18,016 bases of DNA from an uncultured Phycisphaerales bacterium (GTDB taxonomy: Bacteria > Planctomycetota > Phycisphaerae > Phycisphaerales > SM1A02). This document shows positions 17,175 through 18,016 of the stretch, in pieces. Made by a program: the position numbers and the translations under genes. The stretch is from positions 1-18,016 of the forward strand of contig CALKEP010000084.1 of NCBI GenBank assembly GCA_938084645.1, given 5' to 3'. Positions within the stretch are counted from its first letter, which is position 1; every line of letters starts with the position of its first letter. The notes beneath the pieces were generated by a model. The model saw only the letters and a list, made by a program, of their open reading frames with translations. It had not been told where the DNA came from and searched no databases.

Positions 17175-18016
17175 ATGAAGACCATCACGCTTCGCAGGGT
17201 CGTCGTCACCGGTCTCGGTGCCGTGACCGATCTCGGAACCGATGTCGCCTCCACCTGGGAGGGGATGATGTCCGGTCGCTCCGGCATCGGCCCCATCACG
17301 GCCTTCGAACAGGATGACGAGTGGACGACTCGCTTCGCCGGCGAGGTGAGCGACTTCGACCCCTCGAAGATCATCGACGTTCGGGAGGCCAAGCGGATGG
17401 ACCGCGCCAGCCTGCTCGGGCTGGTGGCCGCCGAAGAGGCCGCGACGGACTCCGGAATCGATTTCGAGACGGGTGATCCCGATCGTCGCGGCGTCGCCAT
17501 CGGCTCGGGCATCGGCGGCATCATCACGATCGAAGTGGGTCTGCTCAAACTCGAACGGACCAGTCCCAAGAAGATCAGTCCGTTCACCGTGCCGAAGCTC
17601 ATGGTCAACGCCTGTGCCGGCAACGTGTCGATCCGGCACGGCCTGCGGGGTGCGAACATCGCCACCGCCACCGCCTGCGCCACCGGCGGCCACTCGATCG
17701 GCGCCGCCTTCCAGTTGATCCAGCGTGGTGACGCCGACGTGATGTTCGCCGGTGGGACCGAAGCCGCCGTGAGCCGGCTCTGCATCGGCTCCTTCGGCAC
17801 GATGAAGGCGTTGTCCACCCGCAACGACGATCCCGAGCGGGCCTCCCGCCCCTTCGATCGTGATCGAGACGGCTTCGTGCTCGCCGAAGGCGCCGCGGTG
17901 CTGATCCTCGAGGATCTCGAGAGCGCCAAGGCTCGTGGAGCGAAGATCTACGGGGAGATCCTCGGATACGCCACCAGCGGCGACGCCCATCACATCGCCG
18001 CCCCGGAAGAGAGCGG
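17175..18016 (+). CDS. fabF: Beta-ketoacyl-ACP synthase II (3' end runs off the window)
   Basis: Not in the ORF track; translated by hand: MKTITLRRVVVTGLGAVT, GRSGIGPI, AGEV, GSGIGG, ISPFTVP, ATACATG (catalytic Cys), ALSTRNDDP..ASRPFDRDRDGFVLAEGA. Confidence 0.96.
   Translation, partial: MKTITLRRVVVTGLGAVTDLGTDVASTWEGMMSGRSGIGPITAFEQDDEWTTRFAGEVSDFDPSKIIDVREAKRMDRASLLGLVAAEEAATDSGIDFETGDPDRRGVAIGSGIGGIITIEVGLLKLERTSPKKISPFTVPKLMVNACAGNVSIRHGLRGANIATATACATGGHSIGAAFQLIQRGDADVMFAGGTEAAVSRLCIGSFGTMKALSTRNDDPERASRPFDRDRDGFVLAEGAAVLILEDLESAKARGAKIYGEILGYATSGDAHHIAAPEES

Noticed and set aside
11819..17993. Long minus-strand ORFs opposite the fab cluster (e.g. 12664-14211, 13685-15745, 15604-16830, 16808-17929)
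   Set aside because: They fully overlap well-supported plus-strand genes and have no recognisable domains.
1..18016. Frequent TCGA and CGATCG words (HIP1-like impression)
   Set aside because: Plausibly explained by codon usage (ATC, CTC, GTC followed by GAN). I could not test enrichment against a codon-aware background.

Overview
High-GC bacterial window made mostly of housekeeping genes. Gene content and protein style suggest Planctomycetota, possibly Phycisphaerae (inference). The left half (minus strand) holds glpD (partial), glpK, a large secreted helical protein with an internal duplication, a DinB-family protein, a ThiF/MoeB-like E1 enzyme and a nickel superoxide dismutase precursor. 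A divergent hypothetical gene and a GT2 glycosyltransferase follow. The centre has rnhA and a self-contained rpsL-rpsG unit with no fusA/tuf. The right half (plus strand) is a fatty-acid/phospholipid cluster: rpmF-plsX-fabH-fabD-[unknown lipoprotein]-terminator-fabG-acpP-fabF (partial). I saw no mobile element, CRISPR array, tRNA or rRNA. The best leads are: fabG apparently starting at a non-canonical ATC codon, an uncharacterised lipoprotein coupled into the fab operon, a NiSOD with a 48-aa leader, no neighbouring sodX and a palindrome in its promoter, a 223-nt hairpin-rich rpsL-rpsG spacer, and Arg at S12 position 88. I cannot claim a complete novel multi-gene system from the sequence alone.
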